Assembly: GCA_013151235.1 (NCBI GenBank)
Contig: JAADIO010000055.1
Span: 39,743 to 103,742, forward strand
Direction: 5' to 3'
From: Deltaproteobacteria bacterium
Lineage (GTDB): Bacteria; CG2-30-53-67
DNA: 64,000 nt
The translations under genes were made by a program, and so were the position numbers. The stretch's first letter is position 1; the number at the start of each line of letters is the position of its first letter. Below are positions 1 through 8,629 of the stretch, piece after piece. The notes below the pieces were generated by a model. The model was not told the DNA's origin. It did no database searches and was given only the letters and a program-made list of their open reading frames with translations.

Positions 1-1
1 C

Positions 2-745
2 GCCGCAGCGACCCTCGCTTGTTATGCCGAGATCGAAGATGTGACCCTGACACCCTCCGGGATTATCGACCTGCTCCGGGAAACGGCCGCCGCCCGCGGC
101 ATCGGAGCGGAACTGGCGCAGGGCTCCTTCCGCTATGCAAAAACACGGGGAAGAGCGGAGTGTGCCATGACCGTCAAGGGCTCGGAACTCCCCGCCTACG
201 ACCCGCGGGGGGTCTACGGCATGGCGCTGGCCTACGCCACCTCGACCCGGGGGGGCTGCCACCTCCGGGCCTACCCCATCTCCTACGAAATTCTTCGAAA
301 ACCGGTCGCCATGGACCGCTTCGATACGAGCGGCAAGGCCAGGGTGATCAAGATCAGTGAAGATCAGAACGCCGTGATCGATTCCCTCACGGCCTGCAAG
401 TTCCTCTTCTTCGCCGCCTCCCTCGAAGAATATGCCCGGGCGCTCTCCGGCGTCACAGGGATCCCGACCACCGCCCAGGACCTGCTGAAAGTCGGGGAGC
501 GGATCTACTACCATGAACGGCTGATGAATGCAGCGAACGGCTTCACCGCCGACGACGACGATCTCCCCCGCCGTTTCTTTACGGAAGGGGGGACCGGAGG
601 CGAAGGGATGACCATTCCCCCCATCGACCGGGAAGCCTTTCTTCATACCCGGTCCAACTACTACCGGATCCGGGGACTCGATAAGAAGGGGTGTCCCACA
701 CGGGAAAAGTGTGAAGAGCTGGGAATCGAATGGAAAAACTGGTAA
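2..745 (+). CDS. Aldehyde:ferredoxin oxidoreductase (W/Mo-pterin AOR family), C-terminal part; 5' end outside the window
   Basis: Motifs VKGSELPAYDPRG, LAYATSTRGGCHLR, DSLTACKF, DDDLPRRF and YYRIRGLD; frame open from base 2. Confidence 0.9.
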   Translation, partial: AAATLACYAEIEDVTLTPSGIIDLLRETAAARGIGAELAQGSFRYAKTRGRAECAMTVKGSELPAYDPRGVYGMALAYATSTRGGCHLRAYPISYEILRKPVAMDRFDTSGKARVIKISEDQNAVIDSLTACKFLFFAASLEEYARALSGVTGIPTTAQDLLKVGERIYYHERLMNAANGFTADDDDLPRRFFTEGGTGGEGMTIPPIDREAFLHTRSNYYRIRGLDKKGCPTREKCEELGIEWKNW

Positions 746-1881
746 AAAAATATGCGATGAAACTGGTCGAGCAGGGGCTGGCCGAACCGGGCGCTCCCCT
801 CGTGGGAGGCCTCGATGCGGAGGTGGTCTGGAACCGGGACGACCCCCTCTGCTCGCTCTTAGAAGAGGTCTTCGACCGGCTCAACATCCAAAGCCTCATC
901 TTCACAAGGCCGGCAGAGCCCTACTTCTCAATCCTGAACCACCTCTCGGAGCGCACGGACGACGCCATCCATCCCGAGGACTGCGAAACCCGAACCTTCC
1001 TGCACGACATCCCGGTAGCGCGTAAGCTGACCGCCGGAAGGATTATCGAAGCACTGAAGAAAAGGAAGAGCCTCTACGTTAGAGGGGAGGGGATCGTCAC
1101 CTTCGGAACGGTCAGTCCGGAGCAAGCCTTCGTCACCTGCAGCTCGGTCTGCTTTGCCGGGTTCGTAAAGTTTTTTCTCGACTACTGCAACGGCCGGAGG
1201 GATCCCCGCGCGGAGGCGGTCTTTCAACGGGCCTTCGCCGCTTACAGGGACTTCGTCACCACCCTGCCGGAAGGAAAGCCGCTCCATAAAGGTCCCTATC
1301 ATAACCCGCAAGAGGTCATCGATGCAATGATCGAAGCGGGCAAGCGGACCATCAACTCCCGCATGGTCGACTCCTACTTCGGGAACATCTCCTATCGGTT
1401 GAACGGTACGATCTATATCAGCCGGACGGCAAGCTCCCTGGACGAGCTCGCCGGCTGCATCGACGCCTGCCCCATGGATGGTTCCTCCTGCGCGGGGATC
1501 ACCGCCTCCAGCGAATACACCGCCCACAAAGAGATCCTCGAGAATACGGACAACCGGGCCATCCTCCACGGCCACCCGAAGTTCTCCGTCATCCTCTCCA
1601 TGATCTGCGACAAGAAGGACTGCAATCGGAAAGACCGATGCCACATCGCCTGTCCGGAGAAACGGTTCGTCCGGAACATCCCGATCGTTCCCGGCGAAGT
1701 CGGCACCGGACCGACGGGACTCTGCCGCACCCTCCCCCCGGCCATCCGGGGAAACAGGGGCGCCCTCGTTTACGGCCACGGGATTTTTACCGTCGGCAGG
1801 GAGGACTTCCGTGAGGCCTTCGCGAATCTACTGCAGATCGAACGGATGTGCATGGAAGAGTATGAAAAACATTTGGGATGA
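730..1881 (+). CDS. Class II aldolase/adducin family protein with a long N-terminal extension
   Basis: GNISYR, ASSEYTAH, ILHGHP and YGHGIF metal-binding motifs in the C-terminal half; overlaps the AOR stop by 16 nt. Confidence 0.8.
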   Translation: MEKLVKKYAMKLVEQGLAEPGAPLVGGLDAEVVWNRDDPLCSLLEEVFDRLNIQSLIFTRPAEPYFSILNHLSERTDDAIHPEDCETRTFLHDIPVARKLTAGRIIEALKKRKSLYVRGEGIVTFGTVSPEQAFVTCSSVCFAGFVKFFLDYCNGRRDPRAEAVFQRAFAAYRDFVTTLPEGKPLHKGPYHNPQEVIDAMIEAGKRTINSRMVDSYFGNISYRLNGTIYISRTASSLDELAGCIDACPMDGSSCAGITASSEYTAHKEILENTDNRAILHGHPKFSVILSMICDKKDCNRKDRCHIACPEKRFVRNIPIVPGEVGTGPTGLCRTLPPAIRGNRGALVYGHGIFTVGREDFREAFANLLQIERMCMEEYEKHLG

Positions 1882-1888
1882 TTGCTTT

Positions 1889-1920
1889 TCTTCAAGGCCT
1901 TCATGGACTTCATGGTGAAG
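1889..1920. repeat. Short period-9 intergenic repeat (CTTCAAG..CTTCATG..CTTCATGGTG)
   Basis: Reverse complement resembles CACCATGAAGGACATGAAGATCATAAAG at 36802-36829. Confidence 0.5.
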
Positions 1921-1937
1921 CTTTGCCCCTTTGATCT

Positions 1938-3116
1938 TTAAAAGGTCCGCGCGGCAATCCAGCCCCCGGCGATGAAGGTCCCGATGGCACTTCCCAGGTT
2001 GGCGAGGACCACGACCAGCAGGATCCGGCTGACCGGATTCGTCCAGAATCCACGGACGGTGGTAATGGCATCGGGCAGGTCTTCAAGATCCTTGACGGTC
2101 GGTTTCTTGACCCAGGCCTGTACCAACCCGGCGACCCAGCCGGCGGCGATCATCGGATTGAGACTGGTGATCGGCGCGCCGAAAAAGGCGGAGGCAATTG
2201 TCAGGGGGTGGGCGAAGGCCGCCGCCGCACCGAGGGCGGAGAGAACCCCGTTGACAAGAAACCAGATATAGACCGACTCCATGGAGTGGGTAGCCCCCCC
2301 TTTGAAGAAACCGAAGACGAGCAGGAAGATGATCAGCAGAGGAATCCCCCACTTCAGCAGGGTCGGGACCACCGATTTCGGCGGGGTCTCCATCAGCGGC
2401 TCCAACGGTTCATCCCGGTGGATATGCTCCTCGATCCCGGGCACGTGGGCAGCGCCGATCACGGCGACGATCTTTTCGCCGGGGGCACGGCGGATCTTTT
2501 GTGCGAGATAGATGTCCCGCTCATCGAGGAGCCTTTTTTTGACCTCGGGAAAGGCTTCGGCGAATTCCTTCAGGACGCTTTCAAGCTGATCCCCCTTTTT
2601 CATCTCTTCGATCATCTCAGCGTCCACATCTTCCGTGGTGAAGAGGCTCCCCACGAGGTGGACCATCATCTTCAGCTTATTCCAGAGACCGAGATACCCC
2701 CAGACACGCTTCAGGGTCATCTGTATATCCCGGTCCGCCAGGACCAGTTCCGCACCGTGGGCCTCGGCCTGACGGATCCCCTCGATCATCTCTGCGCCCG
2801 GCTGAACCCCCAACTGCTCCCCGAGCCGCCGGTAGAACGAGGAGAGGATCAATTGCGTCAGCAGGAAGAGGGCCTTCTTTTCACGGATGACCTTGAAGAT
2901 GTTCATCTGTTTCCAGGCATCCCGCTGGATGATGGCCTTGTACCTCGCCTCACAGAGTTCCACGCAGACCGTATCGGGTTGAAGAACTTCCACCGTTGTG
3001 CGGACATCCTCCACACTCTCTTTCGAAAGGTGGGCCGTCCCGATCAGATAGACTTCCCTGCCGTCCACCCGGACCTTACGGACACGGGCGGGAAGGGAGA
3101 TTTCCGTTGTTTCCAT
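1938..3116 (-). CDS. TraB/PrgY (pheromone-shutdown-like, TraB/GumN) family membrane protein
   Basis: LIGTAHLS, VCVELC, PGAEM, LADRDI, ERDIYLA, VIGAAHVPGI; hydrophobic C-terminus ending ANLGSAIGT. Confidence 0.9.
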   Translation of the reverse strand: METTEISLPARVRKVRVDGREVYLIGTAHLSKESVEDVRTTVEVLQPDTVCVELCEARYKAIIQRDAWKQMNIFKVIREKKALFLLTQLILSSFYRRLGEQLGVQPGAEMIEGIRQAEAHGAELVLADRDIQMTLKRVWGYLGLWNKLKMMVHLVGSLFTTEDVDAEMIEEMKKGDQLESVLKEFAEAFPEVKKRLLDERDIYLAQKIRRAPGEKIVAVIGAAHVPGIEEHIHRDEPLEPLMETPPKSVVPTLLKWGIPLLIIFLLVFGFFKGGATHSMESVYIWFLVNGVLSALGAAAAFAHPLTIASAFFGAPITSLNPMIAAGWVAGLVQAWVKKPTVKDLEDLPDAITTVRGFWTNPVSRILLVVVLANLGSAIGTFIAGGWIAARTF

Positions 3117-3783
3117 TCCCGGATTTCCTTTTCTTCTGCAATTTTTTCATATGGAGATAGAGTTCCCGGCTGACCCAGGCATCCATGGCCGCATATCCCA
3201 CCTGGGCGGGAACCAACACATCACGGGCCCAGTTGGAACACTGAGACTTCTTGGAGATCCGAAATCCGAGGAGGACCGCAGAAAGTCCCCGTAGACCGTG
3301 GTTCTTGATCTCCATCTCCCGGGCCATCGTCCCCAGATCGACGAAACCGGCCGCCCTGAACGGTCCCAGCTCCTTGAGTTTCCGGATGTCATCGTCCAGG
3401 GCCGCACCCGCCTTGATAATCTGCGGGGAGGAGAGGATCTCCCGAAGTGGACGGGGGAATTTCAGGTGTCGAAGCTGGAAGAGGTAGACACTCCTCCGGC
3501 CGGCCAGTTGAATGAGAGAAGGTGGATAGGACTCCCCCTTCTTGAAGGAAGGCCGTGATTCCGTATCGAAACCGAGGACCTTCTCACTCCGGAGCCGTTC
3601 CAGAGCCTCACCCATCTCCTCACGGGAACGGATCACCCGGACGGTCCGCTCAAAACGGCGGATCGGCAGGGCGTTGATCTCCTCCCGGGTCATACGCCGG
3701 TCGAAACCGGGCCGGCCTGTTGACTCATCCGGCTTGTCCCCCCGCCGGACCGTTCCCGATTGAGTTCGCTCCTCGTGCATCAT
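3076..3783 (-). CDS. 3'-5' exonuclease (DEDDy, RNase D/WRN-like)
   Basis: GFDTESRP (ExoI), LIQLA, SNW...YAAMDAW (ExoIII); AAGGA RBS before ATG 3783. Confidence 0.88.
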   Translation of the reverse strand: MMHEERTQSGTVRRGDKPDESTGRPGFDRRMTREEINALPIRRFERTVRVIRSREEMGEALERLRSEKVLGFDTESRPSFKKGESYPPSLIQLAGRRSVYLFQLRHLKFPRPLREILSSPQIIKAGAALDDDIRKLKELGPFRAAGFVDLGTMAREMEIKNHGLRGLSAVLLGFRISKKSQCSNWARDVLVPAQVGYAAMDAWVSRELYLHMKKLQKKRKSGNGNNGNLPSRPCP

Positions 3784-3961
3784 TGTCCTTTTACCGGACG
3801 TTCCACACCCGTACAAAAACCTCCGGATCGGTCATCGTTCACAAATCTCACAAGTGACGTCAACAAGCTGCATCCATATCGACATCCACGCCGGGAACAT
3901 CCAAGGGAGAATTTTTCGGTGCAGTCGGTCTCATGATATACTTCATCTCACCTGCGAACGG

Positions 3962-4378
3962 TTAAGGCGAGCTGAATTGTGCTCCCGTAATTTTGCGTAT
4001 GGCAAGAAAATCTTTGCGGTTTTCAGTAATGATTATTGCACCGATACTCAACGCACTTAACGCAATCAATACATCGTGCGACAAGCTGACGGATTTTTTT
4101 AAATCGTAACCTTGTTTTGTCCTGAGTTCGTCCAGCACACGCCCCGCTTTCGGGAACAAGATCTTTGCAGGGACAAGAACACGGCGGGTCTTCTCAAAAA
4201 TAGCATAGAGGCGATCTACGCCTTCCCTGTTCTTCTTTGAATTGGCCCCGGCATAGAGTTCCATCGCAACAACAGAACTCAGATATCGGACCAGACCAGG
4301 CCCAAACAGCAATTTACTGTGCTTTCTTTCCCGAAACCAGTCAATCAGGATGTTCGTGTCAGGGACAACCTTAATCAT
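3962..4378 (-). CDS. PIN-domain (VapC-like) toxin
   Basis: DTNILI, VVAMELYAG, DVLIALSA, ITENRKDF; overlaps the antitoxin stop. Confidence 0.88.
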   Translation of the reverse strand: MIKVVPDTNILIDWFRERKHSKLLFGPGLVRYLSSVVAMELYAGANSKKNREGVDRLYAIFEKTRRVLVPAKILFPKAGRVLDELRTKQGYDLKKSVSLSHDVLIALSALSIGAIIITENRKDFLAIRKITGAQFSSP

Positions 4379-4562
4379 AGACCTTTTCAATCTCAAGCCG
4401 GCCGGCGAGCTTTTTCAAAACCATATCAATCTCACTATCTGCAATCACCTGACTCAAAGCCTTATCCACTGCATCGGTATCCGTTTTCGCCCCAAGAATT
4501 TTCCGGACCTTATCGATCTTCTCCTGGTCCAGTTTCAAATGCTTTCCTTTGATCGTCGGCAT
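4371..4562 (-). CDS. VapB-like antitoxin (RHH-like, 63 aa)
   Basis: Small ORF directly upstream of the PIN gene; KHLKLD...ILGAKTDTDAVDKAL pattern; GGGAG RBS. Confidence 0.8.
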   Translation of the reverse strand: MPTIKGKHLKLDQEKIDKVRKILGAKTDTDAVDKALSQVIADSEIDMVLKKLAGRLEIEKVYD

Positions 4563-4597
4563 TCAGAGAACTCCCTTCATGAGATATGTTCAGAAGA

Positions 4598-4641
4598 ACG
4601 TTATCAGAGATCATGTACATTGTCAATAAATTCGTGTACAC
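4598..4641 (-). promoter_or_regulatory. Sigma70 promoter of the TA operon with two TGTACA operator palindromes
   Basis: TTGACA(4626-4621)-17 nt-TAACGT(4603-4598); ATGTACAT 4613-4620 and GTGTACAC 4634-4641 flank the -35. Confidence 0.7.
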
Positions 4642-4724
4642 AAAAATATCAGGCATGAAGGCTGACAGGAAAGAATCCAACACCTTTTCTTTGACTTTAC
4701 AGATCCCCTCTTGATAAGACATTT

Positions 4725-5216
4725 TCAGCTCTTCATATTGACGTACTGGAGCGGCACTTCAAGATTGCTCTCCTTGAGCATTCCGATGACTTTCTGAAGG
4801 TCGTCGATCTTCTTGCCGGTCACACGGACCTGCTGGTCCTGGATCTGGGCCTGCACCTTGATCTTGAGTCCCTTGATCATCTTGACGATCTTCCGGGCCG
4901 TATCAATATCAATCCCTTCCCGGATCAGGATGTCCCGCTTGATCATCCCCTTGGAGGTCGGTTCGATCTCCTGATAGTCGAGAGCCTTGGAATCAATCTT
5001 CCGTTTGACGCACTTACCGATCAGGTCATCCTCCACGGCCTTCATCTTCATCTCGTCCTCGGTGAGGATATGAATTTTTTTTTCTTTCTTGTTGAAGGTG
5101 ATCTCCGTTTTGGATTTCCGGAAGTCGTACCGTGTGGTAATGGTCTTCCGGGTCATGTTGACGGCATTGTCCATTTCCTGCATGTCGATCTTGTTCACAA
5201 TATCAAATGACGGCAT
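4725..5216 (-). CDS. yajQ: YajQ family nucleotide/c-di-GMP-binding protein
   Basis: MPSFDIV, RYDF, KVQAQIQ..QVRVTGKKIDDLQ. Confidence 0.95.
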   Translation of the reverse strand: MPSFDIVNKIDMQEMDNAVNMTRKTITTRYDFRKSKTEITFNKKEKKIHILTEDEMKMKAVEDDLIGKCVKRKIDSKALDYQEIEPTSKGMIKRDILIREGIDIDTARKIVKMIKGLKIKVQAQIQDQQVRVTGKKIDDLQKVIGMLKESNLEVPLQYVNMKS

Positions 5217-5246
5217 GGTTGGTTCTCCTTTGTTTGAGTTCCGGGA

Positions 5247-5777
5247 TCAGAACTCGATTCCCTTACGTGCCGGCACCCCCTCCGTCTCGGCGGGATGCTT
5301 GATCTTTTTCATCTCCGTCACGTAGTCGGCCCGTTCAATCACCCGGGGATCGGCGCCCCGTCCCGTAAGGATCAGTTCGAGTTGCTCCGGTTTTTCTTCC
5401 AGCAGGCCCAGCAATCGTTCAACGGGAAGGAGTCCCTGTGAGACACAGTTGTTCACCTCGTCCAGGACGGCCAGGTCATAGGTGTCGCGAAGAATTTTCT
5501 CCCGCACCTCATCAAAATCGGTACACACCTGCCGGGCCAGTTCCTTCCGATCGATATTGGAATCAAAACGCGGGTGAATCTCGGGAAAACGGATCACCGT
5601 CATCTCCAGGGAGGCGGCCCGAACGGCAAGGATCTCCCCGGACACGCCCCGGCCTCCCTTGAGGAACTGAACGAAGAGAACCTTTTTTCCGTGGCCGACG
5701 GCACGGGAGGCCAGGCCGAAAGCGGCCGTGGTCTTTCCCTTTCCGTTTCCCGTATAGACATGAATCATCCCCCGCAT
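5247..5777 (-). CDS. cobO: Cob(I)yrinic acid a,c-diamide adenosyltransferase (CobO/BtuR)
   Basis: HVYTGNGKGKTTAAFG, VQFLKG, LDE, ILTGR, ADYVTEM..IKHP, GIEF. Confidence 0.93.
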   Translation of the reverse strand: MRGMIHVYTGNGKGKTTAAFGLASRAVGHGKKVLFVQFLKGGRGVSGEILAVRAASLEMTVIRFPEIHPRFDSNIDRKELARQVCTDFDEVREKILRDTYDLAVLDEVNNCVSQGLLPVERLLGLLEEKPEQLELILTGRGADPRVIERADYVTEMKKIKHPAETEGVPARKGIEF

Positions 5778-7153
5778 GGAATCCTCTTTTCCGGCAGCTT
5801 TGCCGCCTTTTCCATACGGGTCAGGGCCGCTTCAAAAAATCCGACCAGGGAGAGATTCTTTGCCCGGTACCGGCGATGACCCGGATCGTTAAAATCCTCA
5901 CCGTCCATTTCCCGCATGATCTGCCTGCACCTCGGATAGATCGTTTCATAGAGGGTCTGCACCGCATCTTCATCAAAATGATAAGGTGCATCGTATTCCT
6001 TCGCACAGGCCCCGGGAGAAAAAGCCGTCCCCCGGAGGAGGAAGACACGATGGCTCAGAAGATGAGCCGTGCTGGATGGATGGCTCAGAAGATCAAGACG
6101 GAGGAGGGTCTCGAAATTGACACGCACATCCTCCAACTTCGTCTCCTTTTCAAACATGATAAACCCGATCGAAAGATGGATTCCGAGACCCTGCAGGACC
6201 TTCACGGCCCGGATATTCCGTTCCGCCGTCACCCCTTTCCGGAAACGCTCCAGCATCCGCTGGGAGAAACTCTCCACACCGAGGAAGAGATCGTGAAGTC
6301 CCGCCTCGCGCAATTCCGTGAAGAGGGACTCCTCCACATTATCGGCACGGCACTCCATACCAAAGGTAATCCCGGGCAGTCGGTACCGGATCAGACGGGC
6401 CAGTTCCGCAGACCGTTCCCGTCCCCGGTTGCCGGGGCCGCAGAAATTGGGATCGGCGAAATAGAAATAGGATGCACCGAACGCCTCCCGGACCCGGACC
6501 ATCTCCTCCACGATATTCTCCGGCGACCGTCCCCGCCAGCAGGCCTTTCCATGAGAAAGAAAATGAATGGTACAAAACCGGCACTGCCCGTAGCAGCCGC
6601 GGCTGCCGAGGATGTAAGCCGTCCCGCAAGCAAGCCTCGTTCGAAGGGGAAAGGCCAAGCGGTCAAGGTCCGATTCCTCCGGCCGCGGGATCAGGCAGGT
6701 CCGCCCTTTCTCCTGAAAGGCCACACCGCGAGTCTGCCGCCAATCCCGGTTTTCTTCCAGCCGGGCCGCCAGCCGGACGAGCGTCTCCTCGGGATCTCCC
6801 ACAACCACGCCATCGATAAAGGAAAACCGATCCAGAAGCCGGTCGTGAAAGGCACTCGGATAAAATCCGAAGAGAAAAATGCGGGAAACCTTTCCCGACG
6901 CCTTCAGACTCTTCAGCCCTTCAAGGAGGGGCTCCGTATATTCCCACTGATAGACGAGGTGGAGGATCAGTACGCTCCAACCGGCCGCAGGGGAGACCCC
7001 GGCGGTCTCGATCAGTTCCGCCTCAAACCCCGCCTTTTTCAGGGAAGCGACGGCATATCCGGCGAGAAGACAGGAGGACAGGGGGGTGTTCACCACATCG
7101 TCACACCGCGCCGCGCTTCTCCGAACGGGGGGATCGTAAATCACGAACTTCAT
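5765..7153 (-). CDS. B12-binding-domain radical SAM protein (class B methyltransferase-like)
   Basis: SRGCYGQCRFC motif, RSPENIVEE, FADPNF, LGVES; N-terminal cobalamin-binding-like domain. Confidence 0.85.
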   Translation of the reverse strand: MKFVIYDPPVRRSAARCDDVVNTPLSSCLLAGYAVASLKKAGFEAELIETAGVSPAAGWSVLILHLVYQWEYTEPLLEGLKSLKASGKVSRIFLFGFYPSAFHDRLLDRFSFIDGVVVGDPEETLVRLAARLEENRDWRQTRGVAFQEKGRTCLIPRPEESDLDRLAFPLRTRLACGTAYILGSRGCYGQCRFCTIHFLSHGKACWRGRSPENIVEEMVRVREAFGASYFYFADPNFCGPGNRGRERSAELARLIRYRLPGITFGMECRADNVEESLFTELREAGLHDLFLGVESFSQRMLERFRKGVTAERNIRAVKVLQGLGIHLSIGFIMFEKETKLEDVRVNFETLLRLDLLSHPSSTAHLLSHRVFLLRGTAFSPGACAKEYDAPYHFDEDAVQTLYETIYPRCRQIMREMDGEDFNDPGHRRYRAKNLSLVGFFEAALTRMEKAAKLPEKRIPCGG

Positions 7154-7274
7154 GGATCAGGGGTCTTTCCGGGAAAATAGATGTTTATCCGATCCTGCAG
7201 GGCTCCGCTCCAAAGACCTGCAACTACCTTGTCACAGGAGAAGAGGAGGTGTCAAGGAGGATTTCCCGCCGGAT

Positions 7275-8150
7275 TCAGTCGAAGAATCTGCCTTGGAGGG
7301 CCTCGACAACTTTCACGACGGCATCTGAACGATTGAGCGTATAGAAATGGAGATAGGAGACCCCCTGTTCGAGGAGTTCTTCACACTGCCGGATGGCGAT
7401 CTCCACCCCCACCTTTTCCATCTCTTCCGGCCGGCCGGCCAAAGGCGCCATCTTTTCTTCAACCCAGGCGGGAATCGTTGCTCCGCAGAAAGAAGCAAAC
7501 CTTTTCACTTTTGCCAGATCGGTGATCGGCATGATCCCCGGAAAGATCGGAAGCCGGAGACCCGCCCTTTCAGCCCTTTCCCGGAATGCAAAGAAATAAC
7601 GATTATCGAAGAACATCTGGGTAATGGCGAAATCCGCACCGGCATCCACTTTTTCTTTGGTATAGATAAGATCCGCCTCGAGCGAAGGCGATTCGAGATG
7701 TCCTTCCGGATAAACGGCCACGGCAATGGAAAAGTCGTGTGTTGAGCGGACAAAGGCCGCCAGATCGCGGCCATAGGGGAATTCTCCGGCGGAAGGGTCA
7801 AAATCCGGAATATCTTCAGGGGGATCGCCCCGAAGAGCCAGGACATTTTCTATCCCTTCCTCCCGGAAGGTTTGCAACAGCGTCGCCATCGAAGCACGGG
7901 TGGCACCGATACAGGTCAGATGGGACATTACGGTGAGTGAAAAGTTTTCCCGGATGGCACGCAGTGTTTTCAGGGTGCGATCCTGCGTACTACCGCCCGC
8001 TCCGTAGGTGACGGAAACATAAAGCGGATCCAGCCGACTCAGTTCCCGAACGACTTGCAGAAAAGCAACCATCCCGGCTTCCGTCTTCGGCGGGAAAAAC
8101 TCAAAGGAAAAGCCCTTTTTCCGTGTTTTCAAAAGGTCGGCGATCTTCAT
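7275..8150 (-). CDS. metF: 5,10-methylenetetrahydrofolate reductase
   Basis: SFEFFPPK, SVTYGAGGST, HLTC, LALRGD, YPEGH, ITQMFFD, HFYTLN. Confidence 0.97.
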   Translation of the reverse strand: MKIADLLKTRKKGFSFEFFPPKTEAGMVAFLQVVRELSRLDPLYVSVTYGAGGSTQDRTLKTLRAIRENFSLTVMSHLTCIGATRASMATLLQTFREEGIENVLALRGDPPEDIPDFDPSAGEFPYGRDLAAFVRSTHDFSIAVAVYPEGHLESPSLEADLIYTKEKVDAGADFAITQMFFDNRYFFAFRERAERAGLRLPIFPGIMPITDLAKVKRFASFCGATIPAWVEEKMAPLAGRPEEMEKVGVEIAIRQCEELLEQGVSYLHFYTLNRSDAVVKVVEALQGRFFD

Positions 8151-8280
8151 GAGAGACAGCGTCCTTTCCGGTTGAGAGGTTGCCGGAGGAAGCCCCGCCT
8201 TTGCAGGGATTCCTCCGGTTGGGGGAGGTGTGAGATGGGTACTTGATGAGAAATTTGGAAACCGGAAGTTTCCCTTCCCC

Positions 8281-8292
8281 TCAAGGGTCCAT
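8281..8292 (-). other. Three-codon upstream ORF (Met-Asp-Pro-stop) with a strong RBS in the metF leader
   Basis: AAGGAG-8 nt-ATG GAC CCT TGA on the minus strand, just downstream of the sigma54 motif. Confidence 0.4.
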
Positions 8293-8322
8293 GTCCTCTT
8301 CTCCTTTTCCTCTTTCCATTAG

Positions 8323-8339
8323 AGCAAATCCCATGCCAA
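8323..8339 (-). promoter_or_regulatory. Sigma54 (-24/-12) promoter oriented toward metF
   Basis: TTGGCATGGGATTTGCT: GG-N10-GC, near consensus TGGCAC-N5-TTGCW. Confidence 0.75.
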
Positions 8340-8629
8340 GGGGGAACCCACTCCGAGGAGAAGACACCCGGACGATCTTACCGAAACGATGAATTTCTCC
8401 GTTCTTCAGAATGTTACAGGAGAATGGCAAGGAGGTGGACAAAAGAAAAAGAAGCGCAAAGGAATTCCTCTGTTCCAAAAACGAATGCGGGGAAGGGAGA
8501 AATTACCCCGGTGATTGCGGTAATTTTTCCCAGTCCATTTCCCGGCCGAAGGCCATTCGCAATCCGCTCCGCTTTATGTTAGAGTACTTTTCGGAAGAGA
8601 AACAACAATCACCGTAAACAAGGGAAACC

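Noticed and set aside
7154-7274. Cobalamin riboswitch upstream of the radical SAM and cobO genes
   Set aside because: Too short and lacks the B12-box and GCCACTG motifs; only a small TGCAGG/CCTGCA hairpin is present
8240-8292. Selenocysteine read-through of the TGA in the MDP mini-ORF
   Set aside because: The downstream hairpin loop (UUCCG) lacks the usual leading G, and the read-through peptide has no recognisable motif and is out of frame with metF
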